This document shows positions 1 through 12,252 of a DNA stretch of 64,000 nt, in pieces. Source of the DNA: the human T2T-CHM13v2.0 reference genome, Homo sapiens. The notes below the pieces were generated by a model. It was not told the DNA's origin, searched no databases, and worked only from the letters and a program-made list of their open reading frames with translations. The stretch lies in assembly GCF_009914755.1 (NCBI RefSeq), contig NC_060947.1; one strand, written 5' to 3'. Numbering within the stretch: position 1 is the first letter of the stretch; each line of letters begins with the position of its first letter. The translations under genes and the position numbers were made by a program.

Positions 1-392
1 CACTAAGTAAAGGCTCTCCAGTGGGCCCCAGCCCTGGAAGCCCAAATGCTAAAACAGAGCCGTTAGATATGGTATCTTAAGCACTTCACAGCACACCCAT
101 TGTGGTGACAGGCCCCTGTATAATGCATACAGGACTTGGGGATAGGGCCAGGCACCCTTACAGGACAGCTATGAGTGGTAATAAATAACCTGGGCCCCGC
201 TTAGCTGTTCCAAAACATGCCCAGCTGAGGGGCCCAACATAAATCTGGGGGGCAGTCTTGAGACACCCATACCAGTCTGGCAGGAGGAGGAATTTAGATC
301 CCGACTTGAAGCACTGGGGACATAGGCGGAATTCAAAGCACCCTGGACCTGGAAGATCAGTGATATGTCAGCAACACATTGAAGAGGCAGCA

Positions 393-612
393 GGTCAGAG
401 TGGTTAAAAGCAACATCTCTGGAGCAAGCCTGCCTGGAGTCAGATCTTGCCTCTGCAACTAGTTAACTGTGTTACCTTGCTCAGGTTACATAACCTTTCT
501 GTGCCTCAGTTTCCCCACCTGCAAAATGGGAACAGTAATAATTCTCACCTCACAGGTTGTTGTGAGGGCTGAGTTAGCATAGGTAAAGCACTTAGTGACT
601 GACACATGGTAA
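393..612 (+). mobile_element. MIR SINE, near full length
   Basis: MIR core: gtgttaccttgctcaggttacataacctttctgtgcctcagtttccccacctgcaaaatggg...aaagcacttagtgactgacacatggtaa. Confidence 0.9.
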
Positions 613-1129
613 CTGCACCCAGGGGCTGGGAACTGGGACAAGGTGGTAGGGGGACCAATTGCAATTCCATCAGTAATGACCACCGGCCCCACTGGCAGGA
701 GGAGGTGACCATCCTGAATAGCAGGGAAAATGAACAAAGGGGCCCAGCCAGGAACGAAATCTGGGCCAGAGATATATTCATTCACTTCTGATTCCAGGCC
801 CCACTGTGTGGTGAATTGTCCCCATTCCATGGGCCTGATGTATAACATATTTTCTGTAATTACGGTGATGCCGTCTGTGTATATGTTAAATGACTATAAC
901 AGTTAATTATAGCCCATCCATTCAGGATGGGCTCAGTCAGGTTGGGGATATGGGTCTCCATATCAAAACTGAAATAAGACCACAAAACTGAATGTGGTCA
1001 GAGATCAATGAGGGGTACAAGAAGCAAGGATCTACAGTTGCAAAAAGAGAGAGGTCACCAGGAGATAGCACAGTCAGGCAGGCAGGAAGAAAAAGAAGGG
1101 AGCGAAGGAAGAATGAACTGTATTGGCTC

Positions 1130-1460
1130 AGGAAGCTGAAATGTAATAAGGCAGTTGGCTTCAGGTTTGACTGAATTCAGGAACTTACTTCAAGTGGTGA
1201 CAAGATGACCACTGGCAGGCAGCACTAGCAATTCCAAACTTACATTTTATTAGTAGAACAACCATGATAAAAAGCATGCTCTTTTCCAACAGTTCCAGAA
1301 AAATCCCAAAGGTTGCCATTGCCTGGCTAGAATTGGCCAACTTGGGCCATAGCCCATTTCAGGACCCAGGGAGCATGGCTGGCTGGAGAGGGTGGCTCCC
1401 CAAAGGAAAATTGGAGAAAGATGAGGAATGGATACTGACTGGTCAGGCAAAACAACAGAT
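1130..1460 (-). mobile_element. Old MaLR LTR fragment (MLT1K/L-like)
   Basis: gttggcttcaggtttgactgaattcagg and attggccaacttgggccatagccc resemble MLT1 antisense motifs; diverged. Confidence 0.55.
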
Positions 1461-4444
1461 ACCCCTTCAGAAGGCTTTGCTCAGAAGGTGAGATTTGAGC
1501 CCATCCCACTCCCTCCTACTCTTGTTTAAACAGTAACCAGCATTTCTCAAAGCCACAAATTGCAATGGGCTGGCACCTACACCGTTTAATCTCTTCACTC
1601 ACTCAAATCAATTCTAGGCAGAGGAAAACTGACCACACAAAGGCTGAGAGGTGGGGCGGGCTCACGGCAGGAGAAGATTAATCTAGCAGCTGTGTGTAGG
1701 AGGGATCAAAGGTCGAGATCCTGGTGGGGTTTGGCAGGGGGTGCTGTTCTTTCCAACCCTCGGTGGGGGTGGGGTGGGGGGGAGTCCATCACTCTCCAGT
1801 TCATCAGTAAAGTCCTGGGGTGGCCTGGCAGGAGGGACAAGCCGAGGGAGGGGTGGATGTAGAAATAGGATGATGACTTGCTTGAATTTGGAAGCGGTGT
1901 TCAAAGGGTCAAACATGACTCTCAAGTGTAGGCTAAGAGAATAGTGACAGACAGAAATGGGGAACTCCATTAGGGGAAAGAGGGTGAATTTGATTCTATT
2001 AATTTGAAACGAAAGTTCCACAAAAGCATTCTCAGGCTGAGGCCAGGGCTGTCGATTTCAGGGTCCCAAAGTCACCACTGAGCCCCTGCAAGCGTCTTGG
2101 CCTGGCTCCTAGGGGAAGTTAGAGCACCCCACATTTAGGGCATCAGGCAAGGAATGGGGCCGCAAAGAAGATAGTGAAAGCTCAGCGGAAGTAATGAAAG
2201 GCAGACAGAAAAGGGGAGGGTACCGGTAGTGCTGGGGTACAGGGACAAAGTGTGGAAAGGGCGGTTCATTGGTGCAGAGTTGACATTTTCCAAACCTGGT
2301 AGTCATGGGTCCTTGGAATAAGGCAGCTTGTGGGCTTCCTGCTCTGAAAAGGGCTGAGGGACTCTGCCTCATGTAACTCCAGAGAGCACATTTGGGGTCA
2401 ACAGAATTTGTACTCAGCCTAGAGAAGAAGGTAGAGGGTTGTTGAATCAATGCTTTCGTGATAGTGACTGGAGAGGAAGAAAAAGAAGGGGGAGATCATG
2501 AAGGGGAGAAATAGGAAGACGGGAGTAGCTATGGCACCTCCTACATGTGCACACTCACACATGCATGCACACACGCAAGGGCTTGAGAAGGGGAGAGAAA
2601 TTGCTTCTGTTCTCAGAAAATCCCTTAGAGAATCCTCCCCAGACGCCATCTTCTCTAGAAACATAAGGTTCTCACACGCGGGCACGCATGCACACACAGT
2701 CACACAGAGGCACACGTGTCACTACAGGGACTGGGCTGCTTGGCTCACACTCCGCTGGCTGTAGAATGACACAGCAGTGCTGGGAAGGGAGTGGGAAGAA
2801 GCCGGCTGCGGAGGGGGCCTGGGCAGCTTCATCTGTGGCCACCCTTTGTGGAGGGCCCATGCCGTCGTCTGTGTGTGGACGGATGGGAGCTCAGTCCTCC
2901 CTGCTGGCTGGCCTGGGCAGGCACCCTCCCCAGATGTCAACGCTAATGCCTTGATAAACAGGGAGCTTGCTGGAATGTGGCTGTTAATTGGGGATAGAGC
3001 AGCAGCCTTTAGCTCTGGGAGCAATGGTTAATGACGGGCCCGCTGGGGGAAGCCGCAGACGTTTGCCACTGTTCGAGTTCCGTCCTCTCTGCTTCTTAAA
3101 TAGCAGTTTATCTAAAACTTGAAAACACTTTCCTGGGAATAATTATTTCTTGGAAGCTGTGAGACTGCTATCAGATTTCATAGCCTGCTGTCGGGTCGAC
3201 CTTCTATAGGCCAAGGGGCCGGCTGCCTTTTGGGGGACAGTTTCGCTTCTTCTCTTCCCCCTTCCAGCTTTCCTGGGTCCCAGCTGCACAGCCACTGTGG
3301 GCACCTTTGGAGAGGCTTCCGGGCTAATATAGGGCTGAGCAGGAGCTTCACTGAATGAAAGTAGGCCAGGAACGGAGGACTGGAGAGAATTTCAGACTTC
3401 CAGGGCCAGACTCTCCTAGTGTCACCTAAACCCACCGAAAAGCCCTGTCAGGGTCCTCTCTTCTGACTTCGGCTCAGCTCTACATCTTCTGATCGGAGAG
3501 TGTGAGGGAACAGGAGCTGTGGTCACCAAAAGACCCTCTGTGGGCCCCGTTTCTTCCTCAGAGGCTGTTTCCAGAACAGCGAGCTTGCAGCAGCAGGGGG
3601 AAGCATGGGGACGAAAGAGGGGCACCCAAGGACCCACCAGCTGTAAGGCAGGAGCTGTTCTGACAGAGGGGGCGCCCGTGAGCTGGGGCCGCTCTTGGCT
3701 TCTGCACTTGGGCCCTGACTCAGCGGCTCAGGCTGTGATGGAGGAGTGGGAATCCATGCCCAAAGCTGACCCCTCGGATGTCCTCCCAGGGTCAGGCCAG
3801 ACCAGACCATGACAGGGCGCTCAGCCTGGAAACATGGCAGCGGGCATCCTCCTCGTTGGATGTGGAGGGCAGTGACACAGGTGGTTAAACTCAATACGCT
3901 GGCCACAGGCCAGCCTTCCGGCTTGGCAATTACACACTCTCCCTGCTGCCCCGTCACCTCCCTGTCAGGCAGCTTTAATGCCGCTCGCCTCTTCCTGTCA
4001 GCAAATGTTTGTGTGTGGCGTTGCTGGGTGACAGTTGAACAGGGCTTGCATTTTCCTGGCCCCTAGGCCCCCGAGGGAGCCTTCCCTCTGCGGGCTTTAC
4101 AAGCCTTCCAAGTCAACGCCGTGCGAGTCACAGCATGGAGGGGCACAGGCCCTCGCCCAGCTCCTGGAGAAAGGGTCACTCTGGCCAGATCCACTGAGGG
4201 GGACCGGAAAGTGGAGCCAGACCTTTCTCATGCTCCCAGCTCCCAGGGGAACTGATCCATTAGACCCCCTTCTCAGCTACATCTAGGGAGACAGCAATTC
4301 ATTTTACCAAATGCTTTGTAAAGACAGAAGCCACAACTCCAGTCCCAAGTGAGGTCACATGTGGTCCCTGCCCATGAGAAGCTGGACAGTAGGTTGGACC
4401 ACCAGGCATTCTGTAAACACAGTAAATGTAAGGAGACACCCCAA

Positions 4445-4580
4445 GGTTTAGAGAGAAACTCAGATTCCAAGCCAGGCTCTGTCAACCACCAGCTATGTGG
4501 TCTCAGCACCTTGCACCACCTCTCTGGGCCTCTGCCTCCCTATCTGTGACACAGGGTGGTAATAACAACCCCTACCTTTT
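4445..4580 (+). mobile_element. MIR fragment
   Basis: attccaagccaggctctgtcaaccaccagctatgtgg...cctctctgggcctctgcctccctatctgtgac. Confidence 0.65.
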
Positions 4581-4879
4581 TCAAACCCTATGGGGCTTCT
4601 TTCTTATTGTGTGCACGGAGAAGCCACAGTGGAGATGCCAGAAGCGGGAAAGGACCCCCTAACCAAATGGGGAAAATGCAGGGGATTAAGTGAGTCAGAG
4701 ATCCTAGGAAAATGAAACGAGCTAATGGAAAATGTTTTTATTTGGTGGTAAGGAGAGTGGCTTGAGAGAGTGGAGCCTAATGGGAGAAGATGCTGAAGAA
4801 TTAAAATGATAACTGATGGGCCAGGGTGGACAGTGCAGGCCTGGAGCAAGAAGCAGCAAAAACACATGTCATCAGGCCA

Positions 4880-5040
4880 TGCAGACCTGAGTCCAAGTGT
4901 TTGCTAGCTGTGTGACCTTGGGCAAGTTGCTTGATCTCTGTGAACCTCATCCAGCAAATCTACTTCCAGTCCTCACCTCATAGGGTGGCTGTGGGGGTTT
5001 CACAAGGCTTGGCATGCAGTGCACATCTAGTGAGTTAGGC
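4880..5040 (+). mobile_element. MIR fragment
   Basis: tgctagctgtgtgaccttgggcaagttgcttgatctctgtgaacctca. Confidence 0.75.
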
Positions 5041-5179
5041 CCTTGGTCTGCTTGGAGAAAGGGGACAAAATCAAGTAATCTCACAAGGGCAAAGGCAGTC
5101 AGTGCCAAAGGCACAGGAACAGGTGCATGGGGGCTCCAGTGGGGAACAAGTATCTGGGACTGGGGCAGCCGGGGGCCAT

Positions 5180-5930
5180 GTGTTAATCAGGATTCTTGTG
5201 GTTGCAAGTGACAGAAACAGACTTGGAATGAGCAGCAAAGCAAATGTAATGGTGCAGGTGGGATGAGGATGGGGGTATTGAAACAGAGGTGTCAGTGCCC
5301 CATCCACATGCACTGGAAGGTGGCTGGTGAACACCAGGACTTTTCTTCTGGCCACTGGAGCACTTTTGGCCCATGCACAGGACCAGCCAGAAGTTCCAGA
5401 GAGTTAATGCCCCCAGAGGCAACCTTTGACCAAGGATGGTCAAGAAGCTGAAGGATAAATACCCCATCTCCCTCGTTCTCAGACAGGTACCTTAAAGGCA
5501 TGTTTCACACTAGTTCCCAGAGTTCCCTAACTGGATTGAGCCTCAGTTGCCCAAAGGGTCATTGGCTTATTTATTCACTCAGTCGTTATTGGCTTCCTTC
5601 CCTTCCTTGACTTCCTTTCTCCCCTATGTGTGGCTTCCTGGGCCCATTTTACAAATAAACTACTTAAAATCAAATCTTTGTCTCAGCATCTGCTTTTGGG
5701 GACCCAAACTAAGACAAATAGTGAGGCTTCAGGTTTGGCTAGTTCTAGATGCTTAAGCAATGCTCTCAGGTATCTGTTCTTCTCCATCTCTTAGCTCAGC
5801 TCTCTCTTCCTCTTACCCCCATCCCAGATGAGGAGAAGAGATATTCAAAGTATTTACAGAAAGATAGATAAAAATTATACTCCATCCCCAGGGTACGGCT
5901 AAGCATCCTCTGGAATGATAGCTGGCAAGA
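5180..5930 (-). mobile_element. MLT1 (K/L-like) LTR interrupted by an LTR16-type LTR
   Basis: tgttaatcaggattcttgtggttgcaagtgacagaaac terminus; resumes after 5716 with ggcttcaggtttggctag... Confidence 0.6.
5245..5716 (+). mobile_element. ERVL solo LTR, LTR16 family
   Basis: ggataaataccccatctccct motif and 3' end aatctttgtctcagcatctgcttttggggacccaaactaagaca. Confidence 0.8.
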
Positions 5931-6544
5931 AAAGACAGAAAAACATAAGAGAGACAGAAATAAATAGATTAGGAAAAAGACAGAGTGCCCACATTTCTCC
6001 CCTTGGCACCTGGCTTGTGGAAAAGCACTGGGCCACTGGGAGATACCACAGAGGGGGCAGACATGTTTGTGCTTGAAAAGAAATAGTTATAAGAGAGCAA
6101 TGCAATCACATCCTGACGGATGATTGTGAAAATGCAGGTGTGTGCATGTGTATGTTTAGTGACGAACTGGCTCATGGGAGCAGAAGGTGCCCTGTGAGCT
6201 GGGAGGTGAGATCCCAAGGCAGCTTGGGTGGGAGATCCTGGGTGTGAAGCCCGAGGCAGAGGAATTGAAAGCAGGAGCTCTGGAAACTGAGAGCTCGGCT
6301 GAAGGAGCAGAGATTAGGGTGACTGACCATCTCTATTTGCCTGGGATTGTCTCAGCTGAAGCACTGAAAGAGCTATGGCCTAAGAAATCCTCCCATCCCA
6401 GGCACACTGAGACAGTTGATCACTCTAGCTGAGATGCTTTAATATAAGCTCCCAGGAGAACATATATTCTGAGCAGAAGAGCAGGGCAGAGCCCACCTAG
6501 ATGGAACAAACAAACTAAAAGAGAGAATGATGCAACATCCAAAA

Positions 6545-7550
6545 TACTTTAAGCAAAATGTCTGCATATCTTTCAAAATTTTAAATGTACATACCTTTTG
6601 ACCCAGAAACTGTACCTCTTGGAGTCTTTCTTTCAGAAATGCTCACACCCAAAAATATATGTACAAGGAGGCTTACTGCGGTCTCATCTGTCACATGGAA
6701 AAATTAGCAACACTGTAATTGTCCAGCAGGACAGTAATAAGGGAATGGTTAAAGAAATCATGATCTAGCCATATGGTAGCACACTTGGAAGTTAATAAAA
6801 AGGAAAAGTGTTTCTAGATTGTCCTAGTATGAGTTTCTGCAGAAACAGATCCTGAGACAAGCATAATGGTATAAATTATCTGGGAGATGGAAGAAGCACA
6901 GGAGGGGTGCGGCTGGGAGGTGGAGGGGAGTGGAGAGGGGAGATGGGGAAGGGAAGGCAAGCCAATAAAAGGTGTGTTATCAGTTAGTTACCGCTGTGGG
7001 AAACTGGGGCTCAGTCCTGCTGGGGACCTCTAGGAAATGCCTCCAAGTTATCCCACTCAAGGAGCAAGGGAGCTGGTATAATTAGATATCAACTCCTGAA
7101 ACTCTGGTTGAGGGCTGCTCCCTGGGCTGTTAATTCCCTGGAACTTCCAGCCTTCCCTGCTTTGGCAGAGCTTGGAGAAAGCCCTCAAGCCAAAGAATGT
7201 GTACCCTGGCAATTAGAAGGGAGTGGCACACGCCAAAGTGGTCAGACTCCAGGGATACAGGCCAGGCACCAACAGCATCTGCCAAATATACATATAGTCA
7301 TAGGAAAGAAACCCCTGATACATTATTTAAGTGGGGGGGAAGAGATTACCAGTACTATGCAGAGTATGACTGCATTTTTGTTACTAAAATATGTGTCAGC
7401 ACATGTGAATTTTGGGGTGTATCTATGCATATGTGTAAAGGAAAAGAAAAAGAAAAGCAGGGATACTAAGCTGTGATCAGAAGCAGGGGCAGGATTGTCT
7501 ATTTCCATAGTCTGAATTTTTTCAAACAAGTATTACCTTTGTAATTAATA
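6545..7550 (+). mobile_element. L1M (L1ME-like) 3' fragment interrupted by an LTR16-type LTR
   Basis: aaatgtacataccttttgacccagaaac...gggaatggttaaagaaatcatg; resumes near 7330 with AT-rich L1 3'UTR-like sequence. Confidence 0.65.
6820..7286 (-). mobile_element. ERVL solo LTR, LTR16 family
   Basis: tgtcctagt...cagaaacagatcctgagacaag at one end and ggcaccaacagcatctgcc at the other. Confidence 0.75.
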
Positions 7551-7632
7551 ATAATAATCACAATCGTAATTTAAAATGAAGAGAGAAGTTAAAGGAATTG
7601 AATGAGTAAACTATGTGAGGCAAAGGAGAGAA

Positions 7633-7924
7633 AGGCCCACATCCTTTATCCAAAATCTTCAGCTCAGACAAGTTTTAGAATTAAGAAGTTTTCATGTATT
7701 AGAAAGGTAAGACTTGTAGAAACCGTGTTTTATGAAACATCCCATGGGTAATCAGACACGTTGATGGTTCTGTGCTGAGACACGAATAATCATATGAAGA
7801 GGGATATATAATAACTCCAAAAAGCCTCATATCAATTGAAACCAGATTTTGCTGCCAAATATATTTGTGCCAAACTTACACAAAACTTGTGGGTTTCCAT
7901 TGCAGATAAGGGATTGTGGATTGG
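7633..7924. mobile_element. TcMar-Tigger-type MITE with terminal inverted repeats
   Basis: cccacatcctttatccaaa (7636) is an imperfect inverted copy of ttgcagataagggattgtgga (ending 7920). Confidence 0.65.
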
Positions 7925-8124
7925 CAGTAAGAAAAGGAGTTTTAAAAACCAGATCTAGGGGATGACAGGTTCAAGACAACAGGGCAACTATGACTTCATA
8001 GAATGATACTGCTTTGGTGGTGTGACATTACTATTGAGCTCCTACCTGGGGCACAGCGACTTGATGGAGGCCCCCCAGACCTAGGTGCTTCCAGGGGCTC
8101 TCACTTCCTGATCAAGTACCCATG

Positions 8125-8222
8125 TCACTTTAGAGCAGCTCTCAGGGGCCAAAGGATCTGCATTTCTAATACATTCCCAGTGGGGCTGACACCACTGGTT
8201 GGGGGCTGCACTGTTGAGTAGT
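8125..8222. mobile_element. MER5-type hAT-Charlie fragment
   Basis: ggatctgcatttctaatacattcccagtggggctgacaccactgg. Confidence 0.6.
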
Positions 8223-8619
8223 GACACCATAAAGTTATTTCAGTTGAACCAAAGTAGGTCTCTATATCCCTTCTATCCATCAGCCCATGGCAGCCACAGA
8301 GAACATGTCGAATTGTCCTACAAATCACCAGGTTTCTTTGATCGGGTGCCAGCAGGGAGAATACGACCAGTCGGGGCTATGGTAAGGAAGGGGACCCCAA
8401 ACAAGAAAGGCCATACTGCTTTTGAAACATAAAGAAGCCTTAAGAGAGAAGGAGACCAGAACCAGAGAGCAAATAAAGGCTGCGTGAGAGGAGAGAAGAG
8501 GAGCAGAAACCTGAGTGAGACTACTTAATGCTGTTTTACAACCTGAGTGTCGGGACATCCCAGCCATATAGGCAACTGCAGCCTTCATGCAGGTGGTCTC
8601 CTTGCACAAAAGGTTACTT

Positions 8620-8832
8620 CTAGGGGTGGGCATGGGGAAGAGGCATGATGGGGAAGAGCCACTGGGGAACCTTCTGGGTGACAGCAGAGGGGTTGAAATG
8701 TTCTATAGCTTGATCTGGGTGGTGGTTACATGGGTGCTACATATATAAAAAGTCCTCCAGCTGTATGCTTAAGATTTGTGAATTTTACTGTGAGGTTGTC
8801 ACATAGCAACTAAAATTGGAAAATAAAATAAA
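8620..8832 (+). mobile_element. L1M 3'UTR fragment
   Basis: gaaatgttctatagcttgatctgggtggtggttacatgggtg...cttaagatttgtgaattttactg. Confidence 0.8.
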
Positions 8833-9217
8833 ATGAGCCTCAGTCCTGGGATTGAGTAGGTGAGCCAGTCCTTGGGCCCTCTCAGAGCATTGCCCAAGAG
8901 GCCACTGAGCCATGAAGGAATGACAAATTGCCTAGGGGACTGCAATAGGGGACTGCATGCATTTACATGAACCAAACTAACTAGATGACATGCATCTACC
9001 CCAGATGCAATGATTAAACAAATGAAATGTATGCAAAGATGTCTTACGATTTCACAGTCACATAACGTGTGCAAAAGACCTTATTTGGCAAAGATCTCCC
9101 AATCCTTTTGTTCCTTTTCCCTAGTCACAGAAAATTTATTTGAAGCATCAATGTGCCCAGCTTTCTCTGAGCCGCCTTTTTGGGTAAGTGTGCCCTGTAC
9201 TAGGGAGTACAGGTAAC

Positions 9218-9525
9218 TTCTGGCCACTGAGACGTGAGCAGAAGTGAGTGAGACCACTGGAAGATCTCCTTTAAGAAAGATACACCCTTCTTTCTTTCCT
9301 CCATATTGCTGTCCTGCAGTTGTGATGACTGGAGCTCTAGCAGCCTTCTTAGATCATGAGGACAAGGAAGTTGTCTGTGGGTGGTGAATCAGTGAGCTGG
9401 AAGAAGTCTTTGGTCCCTAGTGATTTTATCAAGGCTCCTAGGCTGGCTGTTCAGCCCGAGAGAAAACTTTCTACCTTGTTTAAACCCTGTTATTTCAGAT
9501 GATTTTCACAGCCAAGTCTAACCCA
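9218..9525 (+). mobile_element. MLT1 (J/K-like) LTR fragment
   Basis: ttctggccactgagacgtgagcagaagtg...gtgatgactggagct...cttgtttaaaccctgttattt. Confidence 0.65.
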
Positions 9526-9689
9526 GAGAGGGTCCCTTTGCCTGTGTGTCATGGTGCCCTGAGTCTCTCATAGGGTAGTGCACATTGATCCCCTACTGGC
9601 TGTGTGCCCTAGATGGTGGTATGGGGAAAGAGGACATCTTGGAGACCATCTACCAGAGAAGTGACACGGAAAGGATGGGATTTGGGAGA

Positions 9690-10178
9690 GTCAGATCGCA
9701 CAAATGACTACAAGCTAGTACCACCCACCTCCTTATCGTCACCTTTACAATGTGACTTTATAGCTCCTCCCAGCAAGATGGAATCTATTTCTCTACCCTT
9801 TAATCTGGGTTGGCCATGTGACTTACATTGGCCAATGACAGAGTAACAAAAGTGGCCCAACCAGAGGTCTGAAAAGCATTTGAGCATTGGGACTTGCCCT
9901 CTCATTACTGTTGGAGCCCTATGATGGCCATGTGAACAAGCCTTGGGCTAGCCTGGCAGAGGATGCCAGATGATAGGAGAGAAGTCCCAGCCAGCTCCAG
10001 CCACCACATCAGCTGGCCATAGACAGATACATGAGCAAGGTTAGTGGAGACCTAAGGAGCCCAGCCCAGACCAGAAGAACCATCTGGCTAAGCCACAGAC
10101 TGGTGAGAAATAAGAAACAGTTGTTGTTTTAGACCACTAAATCTTGGAGGAGCTTGTCAGCAATAGCTGACTGATACA
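9690..10178 (+). mobile_element. MLT1 (G/H-like) solo LTR
   Basis: tctgggttggccatgtgacttacattggccaatg...ttgttgttttagaccactaaatcttgg...caatagctgactgataca. Confidence 0.8.
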
Positions 10179-11334
10179 GGGGACATGGCTTTTGAAAAGC
10201 CAAGTTCACACCACCTTACCCGAGGGCAGTGGTAGTGAGGAACGAATCGAAACCGATCAGGATAATACAAGACAGCCCAGCCCTTTGCCATTCCCAAGAT
10301 TTCTCTGTGCCTAACTCTCCCCCACGCCTGGCCCATCTCTTAGCTAGGTATATATCTCCTCCGGGAGTCTGGGGAGGGCTCCAAGCTGACCTCTCCATTT
10401 CTCTTAGTGAGCAGTAAGTGAGGAGAGCAGGTGGCCACAGGCGGACAGCCATATAAGCATGACTTTCCTAGGGCAAAGGGAAGACTCAGCTCCAGGAGAC
10501 AGGGAAGAAGCGGGGGTGGAGGAAGTCACAGCCCTTGGGGCTAGTTTATGCCTTTAAAACATGCAGATGTACAGAGAGACAGAACGAGTCTTTTCTATTA
10601 TAAAATATGTGCTTAGCATATTTATGTCATAGTTTCAACATGTGCACTGAATCGAGTTATTGCATTAGGGAAGGAGATTTCCTTTGCTGCTTTTGACACA
10701 CTTTGGTCTGCCTGCAGCCTTTGTGCAGGTGGCCTTCACACACAAAAGGAACCCTGGTGTCTGGCAGGGAGATGACCTGGGGTGGGACCCTGGCCCACAA
10801 GCCACGCCTGGCTTTGAGCTTCACTCAGATGCTCTCTAGTGTGTTGCTCCCAAGAAATGCAAAAGAAGGGGATTTTCTGCAAGGAGCTCCATGCAGAGCA
10901 CTGGGGGCCCTGCTGTGCTGTTTACTTAGAGCAGCCCGCAGAAAGCTGGGGTGCTGGGAAACTTGGAAGACTGCCTGCACCCAGGGAGTTGGCCTCCTGG
11001 GCCAGCAGCCTGGGTGGAACCATGAGATGCAGGGCTCAGCTGGCAGAAAAGACTGACCTTGCTTTGACATGCAGCCTTGCCCCTTTTCCTCTCTGCACAA
11101 AAGCCCCTTTCATTTTCTTCCCTCCTCTTTCTCGTCTTCTCTCATTTCCCCACTCTCTTTCAATCTCTTTCCCCCGACTTTTTCTATCTTAATTGGCCAT
11201 AACAAGGAACTGAATTCTTTTTATTATGTACTATATTTGTTGAATACAGTTTTATGTTCCTTGCTCTTAATTTTTAAAGTGGATGAGCTGAACACTTTAT
11301 GGTTTTCTTTCCAAAATTTTTATATCACAGCAGT

Positions 11335-11700
11335 AGTCATTAGGGATGTTCACAAATATTCCGGTTCTCCATGTGGGCACGTCCGACACGGATGTCCCCT
11401 CCTGTTTTCGAGATACCTCATGGCCATGTCGCTTGTTTTGGCCAATTAAAAATGTGCGCACTCCTAGGTGGAAGTGTAACAGCCAGTGAGTTTTCAGGCC
11501 ACTTGGTTTTCCTGCTGCTGTGGTGATGGGGGAAGCTTCTGTCGAGGTGAAGACTTTCTCAGCTTGGCATCTGAGGGGCTGCAGTGTGCATATTCTCCCT
11601 GCCAGCCCATATCAGGCACAGAGCATAGAGAATAAGCGTTGCTGTATTTAAGCCACTGAGTTTGTTACTGCAACATAGTCTTACCTATTCGAACTGATGC
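11335..11700 (+). mobile_element. MLT1 (I/J-like) solo LTR
   Basis: ggccatgtcgcttgttttggccaat...tgctgtatttaagccactgagtttgttactgcaacatag. Confidence 0.7.
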
Positions 11701-11782
11701 AGTCGTTTTACCGTACATCATCCTAGTATTAAGTATCTTTTCTAATAATAAATCATTTACTGCAATGTCAAAATTACCTATG

Positions 11783-12252
11783 CTGGTTTTTAATCTTTTG
11801 CATGGGAGGGGTCATGATCCCTTTGAAAATCTGATGAGGGCCAGGTGCAGTGGCTCACACCTGTAATCCCAGCACTTTGGGAGGCCAAGGTTGGTGGATC
11901 ACTTGAGGTCAGGAGTTTGAGACCAGCCTGGCCAGCATGGTGAAACCCCATCTCTACTAAAAATACAAAAAAAAAAAAATTAGCCGGGTGTGATGGTGCG
12001 TGCCTGTTTTCCCAGCTACTCAGGAGGCTGAGGCAGGAGAATCACTTGAACCCAGGAGGTGGCAGCTGCAGTGAGTCAAGATTGTCAAGATCATGCCATT
12101 GCACTCCAGCCTGGGTGACAGAGTGAGACTCTGCCAAAAAAAAAAAAAAAGGAAAATCCGAAGAAACTATGAGGTCCCTTTACCTAAAAATGTCCACATG
12201 AAATTCTGCACGCAGTCGCAGGTGTTCACTCGCTCCAGGGTACAAAACTGAT
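11783..12252 (+). mobile_element. hAT-Charlie MITE (Charlie4z-like) interrupted by an Alu
   Basis: ggggtcatgatccctttgaaaatctgatga [Alu] aactatgaggtccctttacctaaaaatg. Confidence 0.55.
11839..12150 (+). mobile_element. Alu (AluS-type), full length
   Basis: ggccaggtgcagtggctcacacctgtaatcccagcactttggg, A-rich linker, poly-A tail; imperfect TSD gaaaatctgatga / gaaaatccgaaga; small internal duplication gtcaagat. Confidence 0.98.

Noticed and set aside
911-933. 9-bp perfect hairpin agcccatcc-attca-ggatgggct
   Set aside because: Stems of this length are expected by chance in 64 kb; no supporting context
6046-6060. CTCF-like ccacagagggggcag (similar motifs near 3662 and 53255)
   Set aside because: Matches only the 3' half of the CTCF core, with several mismatches in the 5' half
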